This document shows, in pieces, positions 51,585 to 64,000 of a DNA stretch of 64,000 nucleotides (positions within the stretch are counted from its first letter, which is position 1; the number at the start of each line of letters is the position of its first letter). Below the pieces are notes generated by a model. It did no database searches and was not told the DNA's origin. It saw nothing but the letters and a program-made list of their open reading frames with translations. The DNA is from Haliotis cracherodii. Lineage: Eukaryota. The position numbers and the translations under genes are program-made. The stretch spans positions 60,202,001 through 60,266,000 of the forward strand of contig NW_027266308.1 in the NCBI RefSeq assembly GCF_022045235.1, given 5' to 3'.

Positions 51585-52180
51585 CTAAGTTTCGCCTAAC
51601 GCACGTATCAAATTATTAAACACTGTGTCCATATCAGAATAGATTTGTTTCTCCCTTTGTGAATCGGTTGTGAAGTTTTCGAGGGGTGTTTCAGATGATG
51701 AGAAGTTCCCAGTCTCTAAACTTTGCACCAAGGCGTCCGTGACCTCGTCCCCCATATTGCCGTCTGCTACTTGGATGTGTTCCTCACAGAACGCTGCAGA
51801 CGACAAGTAACTATTGTTTACAACCTCATAATCGTATCCGTTCTTTCTCTTATAAAACGGGTACCCTTTTGACACAGAAGTCGTCCTCTTTTCCTCTCGA
51901 ATTTCCGATTGCATTCTTCTCACCGTATTATTTATCAACACAGATCGTCTCAAAAAATGCTCCGGGTCCTCCATTTGACGAAGTTTCTGAATTGAGATTC
52001 GCAACACTTTTCTTCTCTCATCCTTCCTTTGTTTAGGGGTATTAAGGAATGGAGATATCCTTTTGGACGGCACAATCTCGTTAATATTCTCACATGAGTC
52101 TAAAGGGCATTTCCTTTTCAGTCCTCGACATTCGGAGGAGTCCAAGTCAATAGCCACACTTTCCCCGCCGACTGGTTTGT
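51585..52180 (-). CDS. SERTAD4: SERTAD4-like SERTA-domain transcriptional co-regulator, last coding exon
   Basis: The ORF contains a SERTA domain, [40 protein letters not shown]. It resembles human SERTAD4 as I recall it ([40 protein letters not shown]). A splice acceptor tcttttacatttcAG lies on the minus strand (AG at 52182-52181). The frame is open from 52180 (ac-KPVGGESVAIDL...) to the TAG stop at 51585. Confidence 0.92.
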
Positions 52181-55100
52181 CTGAAATGTAAAAGATACAT
52201 CAAAATCTCGAAATGAAATAACTACAAAATGGAACACCTATTACCATTATAACAGTATTTGCTAAATCAGCAATAATCACTACTAACCATGACATTATAA
52301 GTGTTAGATGAAGTCAAATACTTTTCAAACACTTACTTATCATATCAAAACATCACTGATGAATACTTAATACTAACATGCACCCATATCACAGGTCTAT
52401 AGGAAAAATCGATTTTTTTATCAGTAACTAATACATTGTAATGTATACATTAGTTATACGCACAGAATATGTATGTCGACTTCATGACGATCTAGTAAAG
52501 AATCTTTCCCATCTCGACTGATTGTTACGGTATGGCCAAGGGCTGTCGCTCAAGATGAATATTGATTACCGACTCGCTTAATTTGGCGGACCGTCAGTCT
52601 GACTTAAACGGAAACATGCTGACGGATAGAATAAAAATACACTATAACCACGTCAGACGTCACATATTGCTGACTGAATGGTGACGAGACTGAATATGGT
52701 CATACGTAAGCCTGAATTCCCAATAAACGCTTCCTGATCAACGCGGAAATGACCCTTGCTGCGGTGACGGCTGACTAAGGAAATATCGTCACAGAATGTC
52801 TCAACTCCACCGTGTGGGCAATCAACGCTCAGTAGACTTGTTAGTACTTCCATATAAGTACCGAACTTTAGACGCAAGTGGTACTCAATAGCAATTATGT
52901 AATTCCGCTTTCATGTTGATAACGCGGTATCTTGTTCATACGTTTTCCGAGGCGAGTTATCTATAACCAGTGTGTCAGCACTTGGTGTAGCGAACATGTG
53001 TTAAATAACTTCCGCTGTGAGAAATAGTAGGCGACTAACGGGGAATGGGGGTTCCGGGGGACTCCGAGCTTGCAGTCGGTCGTCAAATCAAAATACACGC
53101 TTTGAACATTACAGCCGTGTGAATATTTATTTATATCGCTGGTGGTCACGATGTTATCAAATATTGTATAATTCCCGTGGGTTTTCACTACGCGGTGCAG
53201 TAGTATGAAACGATGTGACACGTTGTGATTTGAAGCTTGTTTTCTTCATGAAAAAATATATAATTAATCCCTTCTCGTTTGTTCTTTTTATTGAGGTTTA
53301 CTTTGGTGATAATGTGAAACCCTAGTGGTAATGCTGATTCTCTAACGATCACGATGGGTTTTTTGTATTTTTTTAGAGAAATTTAAAAGAAATTCCATTA
53401 TTTATTCAAAATCTGTTTTTCATTAAACTTTTATTCGATCTATTTCTGAAAAAAAACCGTGTATTTATTAACAGCCTTTATTAGTTGTACAAAGTTTCTG
53501 GGTTTCTTTTTCGAATTTTCTTTCTTATTCGTCTAATACGGGAAGATGATTATTTGAATCGTGCTAAAGCACACACATAATGTACAGGAATGTGTAAACA
53601 AGCCAAACCATTGTGGTCTAGTTTATCCATCTACAATTTCCACTGAACAACCTATTCTGCTACTACTAAACCTGGCTAAATGCCGGACTCTTTCACAATA
53701 TCATTCCCCAGTTAACGTGACTGAATTAATTCCACTCGTAACTTCCACCAAATAACCCATCTGGGGCAATTCCGCCATCCATTCGTCTTCTCATTCTATT
53801 TGACCAGCAACATGCCCAGACCTATTAAACCGCGTCTGCTACACTACAGCTTGACCGGTCAAAATCCGCCATCTATCAGCTCGGCTTCCAAGACCAAGGT
53901 TTACTGCCCGATCTAAACAAGGCAGACGACAAGGATGAAGATTTGTCCCTGATTACTGTCGATGACTCTTGCTTCTTCCCATTAGGACCATTAATAATTA
54001 CTAAATCAGCAATCCCCTTGCCGGGCGAAAGGAATGATGTCAACACTGAGGGTCATTCAATTGCTCAGTTGGACGAAACTTTCCCCTGCCAATTATACAA
54101 GAGAGGTCTTTCCTACACGCTCCCATAGAGAGAGCACGGGAGTCCCGACGGTTGTTATTTCGTTACCTGTTTTCGTCAGTCAGCGTGCCCCAGTCCGACA
54201 GTGTAATTACGTAACATTTATATTAGGTCTCTTGCTATTAAACAGTAAACGGGGTAATGAACTTGCTGATGTCAGATCTATATTGTGGTGCAAATCAGAT
54301 AATGATAAGCTGTTACTGTGGTCATTAGACGTGTATTGATTGACTGGCCCCCTTACACGCATGTTGGTGGAAGTGGTATTTGAACAAGTAGCGATAAGAA
54401 CACGTGTGGCTAAGCGTAAGGGGATGCTTCACTATTTGAAACATACGGATGTAAATAAACATGACCTACATTTTAACTTACAAGCTCGTGGATAGCGGGC
54501 TGACATTCACTTACGCTACAATCAAGACCAGCAGAGCTAGACTGGATGGCCTTCAGAGCTGAAATCCCCCCCCCCCCCCCATCTCTCTCTCTCTCTCTCC
54601 TATTGATATAATATAAAATAATATAACACCCAATGAAACAAATCAGTGGTTAACATCATACGATTTATTTTAAGTGAGAGACACCTACGCTATCTAAATC
54701 AAACAATCAACATATTTGTTGAAAACGTCGTCCTTGTCTCACTCAACACTTTAACTACATACATAAACCAAAACACATTTAATGAATAAAACGTTTACAA
54801 CACGTATAACCGTTTGTTTAAACTCAGTATGAAAACCAACGGCGTTATTCACCCTCCCTGCCACACCCCTATATCAATTTGTATTATTGAATAAGCCTGT
54901 CCTTTGGTGTCGTCCACAGGCAGGTGCCCGAACATCGATCTCGTCGCCGTGTTTACCGCGGCTTGAGGAAGGGTGGGACAACGCCGACGGTGACCGACAT
55001 GCAGAGGTTGTTGTCGCCGAGCCAGTGTTTAAGTCGCCGGATAGGCACAAGGTCACATATAGTTTATTCTCGACTCCATGCAGGGAACTTTGTTTGAAGT

Positions 55101-58100
55101 CTCCGAGAAGCACAGCCTACTACAAAGAAACCTCTAGCCCTCGTCTTTACAAAACACATTTAGCATACCGCTTGGTTTAGATGACTATCATACAGAACTT
55201 GAAACTACAAGATGTTGAATATTCGTATTTGTCACGAATGTATCGAGTTCTGCCACTCTTTAACGAAGTTAACACTGGGCCCATGTTTGTAAGTTACTTG
55301 AACATCTTAAATAATTATATGAACTCCTAATGTCACTTCATATATGTATTAAGTCAAAAGACATATTTGTATTTTATGTAACCGGCCAATAACAATAACA
55401 TCTAAAAAATAGATGTTATGATTTTTCTTTCTGATGATGTGACGAAACATGTTGAAATTCGCGAGTAATTCGGTCGAATTCTGGAGAAACAGGAGTTTTT
55501 ATGAGTTGCCTAATAATGCAGTAATACCTTTTGAGCTAAATTATATTGTTGAAAGGTTACAATAGCTAGTACGACGTTCCAGGATGTCACAAACAGTACC
55601 TATTGTCGTAACCCACGGATGGTTTCACCCCGTCATTCAAATAAACAGGGTTGTAAAATGGAACTTGTTTTGTGAAATATACATGCATCGACACGATGCA
55701 AATAGTTGTATCTTCATCACCAATTCACAGATTGCGAATTTCACGATCATATTCATACTAACCCACTCGGAAATGATCGGGTTTTGCACCATCACAATGT
55801 GCTCTTACTGATACGAGCTCATCTAGATCAAATAACGCCTCTGCGAGTCTTTACCAACACACAAGGCGATTATAAATAAACAGTTAAGATATTTAAGTTT
55901 TCCATGCATGCATTCATCGTCGGCCCTGGGGCTCCAAGTCTGCTTATACAGCCCATGAGCTTTGATTACGGCCGAATAGCTCTCGTAACATTACACTGTG
56001 CCAGAGGAGAGACGCAATAAATCACTTTCTAGGATTTGCAGTCAGGACTTGTGGCACGGGTGCTCGATCTGGGCTGCCATGATGAGCCACTAAACCCTAA
56101 CCGTGGATATCTATCATCAAATATGGATGTCTGATATCTTTGGCCCTACCTTTGATGTTATTTTGTATATGTTCAATTAGTGATCAAATAGCTGGGTGGT
56201 AAGAATGACATTAATGGGAGGTTTGCCATTGCGATCCGGGCCTGTGCAATAACAGCTATCACAACCACAAGATTGCCACAGTTGTGGACATGTAAACTCA
56301 ATAGTCAATAAGACCAGAATATTCAAATTTTGAGCTTTTTAAACAGATAGAATTTCAAATAATTCTCCGAACGTCTAGACATGTCAATTTCAGATGTATC
56401 ACGTTACGATCAATGGGTAAATAATGGTTTTACAAGGCTGTGACGCAGAAACCATCAGTTTCTCGAAGCCACATAATAGTTAAAACACGAGTGGTTTCTC
56501 GCAATGTATATCACGTGTCAGTTCGTGAAGACACCTGTCAATCAAAATAGTTGAAATACGTACCAGTCCACAACCAACATAAACTATTCACAATATTTTT
56601 CGCTCGTAAAGTGGACGCCCCAAAATCAACAATTAAGTCAATTTCAACAATGCCCATTACAATAATTAATTAATTAAAGCAAAAGTCAGAAAAATAATAA
56701 GGCTCCAATGGAACGATATTTAATTACAGTTTATTAGTAAAATCGTTACGAGATTAGTAGGGTCAATGAATGACATTTTTCGGTAATAGTCCAAATCAGA
56801 GAGCGACCGATGTAGTTCATAATTAATATCGCTGCTCATCTATTTCGGTGAGCAATTGTTTAGATTTAGCAGTTTCCTGCATCGCTTCACGTCACAAGAA
56901 GTCTTTGTATCATAACTCGCGTCACAGCAAGTGCTTGCACTCAGTCCTATCTGTCTATTGCAGCCTGGCGTGCAAGTCATCCGTGAAATACACGGGTGAA
57001 ATTGACAAAAGCCTTCGGCAATTAACAAAGCACCAGGGAACAGGCGAGCGTTTGTGATCTGCCCAGTTGAAATTAAGCCCTCACCTCTCAAGCAGACAAT
57101 GGCGCTAGCCTATATGGTTTGAACGTCGAACAGAGCAGTGTATTGCCCCCAAAACACAATTGTAAATACCTCTAACGCACAATACACTTCCTAAGTCGGA
57201 TTGTATGTACAACTGGAAATTGACACGGGAATAACGCTAGACTGACTTCTCTCAGATCGATATCGATTAGGTTCATATCAGGATTTGAGATTGAACGACC
57301 CTTAAGAAACAGTGAGTCTATCGAAGATGGAATGAGGCTCGTTAATGCGGTAGTCAAAACATGCATGTATGTCCTTATAAACACGCAGCGAACAAGAGCT
57401 CCCCCCCCCCTCCTCCTCCTCTCCTCTCACAGATGGCATGTATCAACGCTGAAAGCTTAGCAGACACTTGTCTACAGTTCAGACCAGTCAACAGTCTGCG
57501 TTTGTCCACGGCGAGCCGCTCGAGCGATTAATACCAAAACATGTTCTTATCACACGGGCAAAATATACAGACGAAGCCCAGGATCTAGTGTTTTATGTAA
57601 TGACACAACCACGGGTATTGATTAGAAAGTACAGTCTCATTCACATAAAATTTACTTTGCAATTAAAGCAGAGCTTTCAAATATAAACCGGATTCAAATG
57701 TCGCATGCATTTAAGCTTCAATGAGATCAATGTTTGCTGCGCAGGAGAATCACTTAATGCACTTTCAGAGAGTAGTGTGAGGGTTTTATTACACTCGTGT
57801 TTGAAATGGAACTTGGCGAAATAAAAACAACAACAGAAGATGGCTATTAATTGGATGTTGAACAAAGACGGTTGATTGTAAAGCGAGCCTATATGCCTGT
57901 GACGCGACGCAAACATTACAACGGCGGATAGGTCAAAGATACACTGCGGTAAAACACGTAGACTACACGTGGTACACGGACATGCTTCGCTCTGGAGAGA
58001 GTTATCTCTTATTTCTTGAGATCATCTTTGACATGCGCGTTTACTGGCGTGAATAGGAAAATAGCGTAAACGCCACATTGATTTATATTCGGATGGTTAA

Positions 58101-58414
58101 TAATACAGCGTGTGCAATTATATTTGAAGAAGTCCTTCGTTGTGTGCATTACAGCGAAATTTTGCTACGAGACGAATAAGTACTTTGATGGTTCATTTCA
58201 TCTGATTTACCAAGTATGCATTATTCATTTCATCTGATTTACCAAGTATGCATTATTAAGCCTATAGATAAACAATATTTAACGTTCAACTTAAATATTA
58301 CACGAACATATCGAGTTACAAATATTATTTTTTTAAAGTCCAGATATTATTTTTTGCTTTATTTAACATTAAGCTTTAGATCACTTAATAACTATTACGT
58401 ATGAGATTACTTAC

Positions 58415-58610
58415 CTGATATACTTGACACATTTTTTACGTCTTCGGGTTGGGTCGTTGTGTCCTCCACGGGGGTGGGGACCGGGGTGTCGGCCCGAGGG
58501 GGTGAGGTTACAAAGTTAAAGGTAAGATCCGGTGAATTGAGGACTTCGTCAGCCCCACACAGTCTGTGGTGGGGGGTGCACAGGGGGTTCATCGATAATA
58601 CCACAGTCAT
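58415..58610 (-). CDS. SERTAD4: SERTAD4-like first coding exon (MTVVLSMNPLC...NVSSIS)
   Basis: ATG at 58610 gives MTVVLSMNPLC, matching the recalled human SERTAD4 start MTLVLSMNRFC. The consensus donor CAG|GTAAGT at 58415 leaves 1 nt (G), which joins the 2 nt (AC) of the downstream exon to give GAC (Asp) in frame. The spliced CDS is 792 nt (263 aa). The exon extends 5' to an acceptor ttttacttcAG at 58724-58723. Confidence 0.85.
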
Positions 58611-59074
58611 GTCTGAAGTAGCTTTCTGTCGGGGTGGCTGGTACACGCCCGACCCCCCTACCTCATTAATCAGTGGGGGAACACAATAACAGGTAGCTGT
58701 CCCACGTACAAGACCGGTAGATCTGAAGTAAAAGACAGTATGTGAAATATAGACACTTGGTCCAAAATGTTAATCAATTTAGTTACCTAAGTCTGAGGCA
58801 TTGCAGTGCGCTTCCTATCCCCCGACTCGCTAATAAGCGATCAAGACACATGGTTAGTTTGAGGAAACTGAAACGTTAGCTGATAGAGCGACAGGCAACT
58901 AACTCAAGAGCCCCGGCGTTCACAGTAGGCCCCAGAGAGTCACATACATCGCTGACAGTGACCCCAGTAACAAGTGTCTCCAAACAATGAACCCGACCAA
59001 CAGATAAAACTCTTTTTGTAAACACGACAGATTGTTAATCTATCGTGAAGAAAACACAAAATCAAAACAATTAC

Positions 59075-59570
59075 CTTTGTGAAGTTGAAATTACTTCCAA
59101 TGAATACTGTATGCGTACACAGGAATATATGTTATCCGACAAAGACGTTGTGATCCTAACAAAGTGTTGGTTGTACGATTGTGAACTTCACTTGGAACAG
59201 CTGTCTCCACCGTCAGAAGGCACGCGTATATTTGCTTAACAATACCAATACTGGCTGTTCCAGCTAGCGCCCGGCCGCCCTCCTGGACAATTCACTGTCC
59301 GATGATTAAGAAGCGCATTGTAAGAGCAAATTAAGACCGCTGCAGTAGACCCACTGAGTCTAGCTAAGGAAACACACGGATCTCGATTCACTGTCACATA
59401 CAACCAGTCGATAATAGATCCACACTGGTATGAGCAACCACTGGCTTCTTTGTCGCGGGACTGTTTGCGTTAGTGCAACCGTAGCAGACGATCTCTTTCC
59501 ATACACTGGCGAGGCGGTCGCGCAAGGGGAGTGAGTGGCGATATGTCACTCGCTGCGATTGGCCGATTCG
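59075..59570 (-). promoter_or_regulatory. Putative non-coding first exon and promoter of the SERTAD4-like gene
   Basis: A donor-like AG|GTAATT at 59075 is followed by T-rich intron-like sequence, and a CCAAT box (ggccaatc on the minus strand) lies near 59560. The in-frame reading upstream hits a stop with no ATG, consistent with 5'UTR. The transcription start is not determinable. Confidence 0.35.
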
Positions 59571-59934
59571 CCCGATTAATTGCTGTCAATGAAAGAGCGC
59601 GTGCCACTACCCCTACCCCCCTGTATAACGCTAATATCTCGAGGATCCCGCTTACCCCTTGGGTCAAAGGTGAAATGTGAGCTTTCATGGGTATCGTCAC
59701 ATTTTCCGACATTCCGCTCGTCTGGTAAAAATAGCTCATATTGAAGTGAACGGGACATATGTAATTACAGCCTCATGTTGCTGTGATTGTGTCTTATGTT
59801 GCCCCACATATAACAACACTGGGAGAAACGTGGAGAGAAACTGGACAATTAACCACTAGCTTCTAGCATCACTCGACATGGTTCGGGACTTTGACAGTTA
59901 GCCCTAGAGCGTGTACCCCGACAAGACTGACAAA

Positions 59935-60033
59935 AAGCGGGGTGGGGGTGGCTGGGAGGGGAGTGGACGGCGACAGAATTGCGGATGGTCTGAGTGGAGG
60001 GGGATAGCTGGAGGGCAGTGAGGCTGGGGAAAT

Positions 60034-60064
<31 letters not shown>

Positions 60065-60453
60065 CTAGGTGAAGGAGGGGTAGATTTGGAAGGGCTGGTT
60101 GGGGGATGCGGAGAGAGTTGAGATGAGGGGGATGGAGATACTACTGTTTGAAGGGGCGATGGAGTGGCGGAGAATGAGGATACGGTGGTAGGGGCGTGGT
60201 GGGAGGGGTATGCACATGGCTTTAGAGAGGGAGGGTGAAACGGCAGGGGTTGTAAATTAGGGGCCCTATTTAGGATGAAAAAAATAGGGCCCGGGTATAC
60301 GTTAGGGGGTAGAGGGTAAATACAATGTTTGTTGTTGTGTTGTTGTTTTTTGTTGTTGTTGTTTGTTTGTTTTTTGTTGTTGTTGTTTTTGTTTTGTTGT
60401 TGTTGTTGTTTTGTTTTTTTTTGGGGGGGGGGTGAGGAGGGGGGGGGGGGGGG
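59935..60453. repeat. G-rich purine tract with poly-G runs and (GTT)n
   Basis: About 30 consecutive G at ~60033-60064, with further G runs at 60423-60453. Confidence 0.9.
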
Positions 60454-61739
60454 TGTCAGACACTAGTATGGTTGTTTAAAGAGGTTGGTTTAATGACAGC
60501 TTGCAGATGGAGTTAAGATCATTCAAGTACAGCTCCAGACTACTGCCGACAGGTACTGTTGCAGCTAGAGGGGTGCAATGATTGTCAGGAAGCAAGTCTG
60601 CACATGAATGAAGAGGAAAATACAAGAAATAGAAATACAAAGTGGGTACCACGTAGGAGCAACGTCAGTCATTTAATATAAATACCCGTAAATGCCAGAA
60701 CAATGAATCCGACCAGAAAATGTGATTTTACGTCTCTTTTTATTAATATCGCAGTCGTATATAGATCCCAGCTGGGTGCCCTACTCTCCAGCGTGACCCT
60801 CTGACCGTGCACGTGGGGAAGGGGGGGGGGGGGGGGGGGCGCGGTAATTAACTGTCGCCGTATGTACAGGACGGAGCGGCTGGCCAGGGGGAGGCAGGAT
60901 GAACACTAGAAGGGCGTGGTGATTTTGTTTTTGAGCTGCGGATGTAATTAGAACAAAATTGAGATGGATGGTATGCGAGTGTTTAAGAAAAGGTCAAATT
61001 GAATAAATTATTTATTAAAGACGACGATCAGGGTTACCGAGGAGGCGTTCTACCAGAAAATCTAATATAACCCACGACCAATTGGTATCGGGTATACCAG
61101 CACCACGCTCCATCCTCCGCCCCCATCCCAACCCCCGCGATCTGTTATCCATATCTCAAAGTCACTCACTTACACCCCATTACTTCTAGCATACATACAC
61201 TTGATAAATCCCGCCATGTACCCATCTTTGTTAACAAACACATTGCTTGTGTTTTTAGCAATGGAACGCAGCGGCGTATATTATTCTCATCGATTGAACA
61301 GCGCAGGGGCATATAGCCACATCTCCCCATTGACAGCTGTACATGGCTCAGATCGACGATTTCTATTCTGAATACGAGCCGACTTGTTCCTGAATCATCG
61401 AACTTAGCATCTACTTAACAAAAGGCAAGACGACGTAAGATAATCTCTTTCCAGATCTCGCTGTGACGCTGGCGAGTATGCCTGTGCCACATGGAGTCTC
61501 CTTGCAATGCTATCAAAGCTAGAATTGTGTTCCCAAGATTCCCACACCACATACGAAATTCATTTAGGCCCGTGGTGGAGCCTACCCCATACTGGGAGTT
61601 GTATGCATGTTGGCCTGTGTCTGTGGGGGTGATTAGTCGTCCCCATACCCCACCCCCAGTCCTGGAGATACCGTTAGACGGGTAATCAGTACGTCGGTGT
61701 CATGAGTGTCAATTACGTTTAGGACCACCACGGCGCCTA

Positions 61740-61763
61740 CTACAACAACAACTACTACTACTT

Positions 61764-61807
<44 letters not shown>

Positions 61808-61870
61808 GCAACTACTACTACTACTACTACTACAACTACTATTACTACTGCAACGACTACTACTACTGCA

Positions 61871-61904
<34 letters not shown>

Positions 61905-62095
61905 TTGCAACAACTGCTGCTACCACTTACTACTACTACTACAACTACGACTACGACTACTACTACCACTGCTAGAGCAATCACTAAAATTTACTACATC
62001 TACTACTACCACCACTCCTACTACAACAACCACTACCGCTGCCACAACCACTACAACTACCACTACTACTACAACAACTACCACTACTGCATGTA
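61740..62095. repeat. (CTA)n/(CAA)n microsatellite
   Basis: Seen directly; a similar (CTA)/(CTG) tract lies at 63700-63872. Confidence 0.95.
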
Positions 62096-62115
62096 CTAAT
62101 CTACTTAGCTGTGAG

Positions 62116-62273
62116 GGCGGTCGGGTAGCCTAGTGGTTAAAGTGTTCGCTCGTCACGCCGAAGACCCGGGTTCGATTCCCCACATGGCTACAATGGATGA
62201 ACCCCATTTCTGGTGTCCCCCGCCGTGATATTGCTGAAATATTGCTAAAAGCGGCGTAAAACCCTACTCACTC
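62116..62273 (+). mobile_element. SINE family A inserted at the 5' end of a family C copy
   Basis: 13-bp TSD acttagctgtgag at 62103-62115 and 62274-62286. Confidence 0.92.
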
Positions 62274-62280
62274 ACTTAGC

Positions 62281-62490
62281 TGTGAGGATCCGGGTTAGAA
62301 CTGGTCTTAAGCAACCCATGCTTGTCGTAAAGCCGACTAACGGGATCGGGTGGTCAGGCTCGCTGACTTGGTTGATGCGTGTCATCGTATCCCAACTGCG
62401 TAGATCGATGGTCATGATATCAAATCACTGGACTGTCTGGCCCAGACTCGATTATCTACAGATTATGAACAAACAAACAAACAAACAAAC
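62281..62490 (+). mobile_element. SINE-like family C (single-hairpin subfamily)
   Basis: Family C sequence with one tgcttgtcgta..cgacta module. Confidence 0.85.
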
Positions 62491-63478
62491 TACTGTTAGA
62501 TGGTCTTGTTTGACAACGATGTAAGGATCTATACCGAAACATCGCCTCAGTAAATAAAAAAGTCGTTATCCATAAATTGTGTCCACTTTGTCATCCGTCA
62601 ACTTCTAAGTAACGCCAATAAAACAATTTACTGTTGCATATGGTACTACGGTTAACTTACACCGATGCGCTATTATCACCTGTAAATGATATACATAGCC
62701 ATCAGTAGTCTGATCTGGAGGCCGTACGTTGATTACAGGTGCGCTCGAGATCAGGTGCAAAAGTTACCTGCCTGGCTGATGCGTCGTCTCTTGAAACACA
62801 CGCGCGCACTAAGAGCGTGACGGCACACGCAGGTTTATAACCACAACGAGAGTACTCACCAAGTCACTCGAGTAAAGTTTATTCTCATAAATAAACATGT
62901 GACAGAGAGAAGATATACATTCATCACATTGTCATTTTTCACTGGCAAAACTGAACCGCCGTGTTTTATTTTAGAAGAAGAGCACGATTCCTAAGCTCAC
63001 ATACAACGCGGGATATATCTATGTTTACTTATTTCGGAGTTGCTGACGCACTGGACAAACAACACGTGCACTTGTCTTGTAACAACCGTGTCTGACAGAC
63101 TGCGCAATAAACCAAGGGCTTTGTTGTGGGTTACATATATGACAGAGCAACGCCGTGCATTCGGTGACTTGAAAACAGTAACTTCAGCTTGTGGATTGAG
63201 GCGCTATATAATTGACGCTTTGGAGGATTGACATGTTGGTTTTAGCTATCCAACAACAAGCACTCACACCTATGATAACAATTATATTATCTACAGTTCA
63301 CCACAACCGCTTTCATTGCCATTGTTATTAGCACAAGCAGAACAGCCACTGCCACTTTAGTAGCGATTGGTGCTACTTCAACGGATGTTGTAACATATGC
63401 TTCCACCCCTACAGCTACACTAAGACTGCTACTACTTCGACTACTACTACTGATGCTGTTGCTGCTGCTGCTATTACT

Positions 63479-63697
63479 AGACCCGCGAAGATCCGGGTTA
63501 GAATAGGTCTTCAGCAACCCATGCTTGTCGCAAGAGGCGACTAACGGGATCGGGTGGTCAGGCTTGCTGACCTGGTTGATGCATGTCATCGTAACCCATG
63601 ATCGATGCTCATGATATCGAACACTGGATTGTCTGGTCCAGACTCTATTATATACAGACCGCCGTCGTACAGCTGGCGTTAAACAACAAACAAACAA
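63479..63697 (+). mobile_element. SINE-like family C (single-hairpin subfamily)
   Basis: agacccgcgaagatccgggttagaataggtcttcag...(AAAC)n. Confidence 0.88.
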
Positions 63698-63801
63698 AAA
63701 TACTACTACTTCTACTGCGACTACCACTACTTCTCCTACTGTTGCTACTACTGCTACTGCGACTACAACTACTGCTGCTGTTGCTACTACTACTTTTACT
63801 C

Positions 63802-63848
<47 letters not shown>

Positions 63849-63872
63849 ACTACTACTACTACTACTACTACT

Positions 63873-64000
63873 GGGGCGGTCGGGTAGCCTAGTGGTTAAA
63901 GTGTTCGCTCGTCACGCCGAAGATCCGGGTTCGATTCCCGACATGGGTACAATGTGTGAAGCCCATTTCTGGTGTCCCCCGCCGTGATATTGCTGAAATA
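63873..64000 (+). mobile_element. SINE family A (runs off the window end)
   Basis: Nearly identical to the 62116 copy. Confidence 0.9.

Noticed and set aside
55425-55460. CTGATGA..GAAACATGT minimal hammerhead in the intron
   Set aside because: Stem II lacks the closing pair and stem I has only about 3 bp, so it is most likely chance.
58192-58255. 32-bp tandem duplication in the intron
   Set aside because: It is an ordinary slippage duplication with no further structure.
58611-58722. N-terminal extension of the SERTAD4-like protein
   Set aside because: The frame is open but has no ATG, the candidate upstream exon has an in-frame stop, and homology starts at the 58610 ATG.
61633-62099. Mucin-like poly-Thr or poly-Val ORFs (also poly-Leu at 63598-63987)
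   Set aside because: These are (CTA)n/(CTG)n microsatellites with no supporting exon structure.

Overview
Repeat-rich animal (eukaryotic) genomic DNA. The SINE repertoire most resembles a gastropod mollusc such as abalone; this is an inference, not checked. One protein-coding gene is supported: a minus-strand SERTAD4-like gene with two coding exons (58610-58415 and 52180-51585, joined in phase 1, 263 aa). It probably has a ~4 kb 3'UTR and lies in a ~14.5 kb block nearly free of SINEs. The rest of the window holds four or five SINE-like families (labelled A-D and C' here) with many target-site duplications (TSDs) and nestings, a 5'-truncated APE/RT LINE inserted in a (GT)n tract, a second LINE 3' fragment, MITEs (hAT-, Tc1/pogo- and Harbinger-like), a foldback element, several minisatellite/satellite arrays, microsatellites and three N gaps. 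Most long ORFs in the track are repeat artefacts. Best leads: (1) the structured 5' domain of family C, which lacks a tRNA head and shows covariation (candidate self-cleaving RNA); (2) an N-terminal MTxVLSMN motif apparently shared with human SERTAD4; (3) local copying of SINEs together with flanking DNA; (4) E-box/D-box/RORE/CRE clusters. No clearly new biological system can be established from sequence alone.
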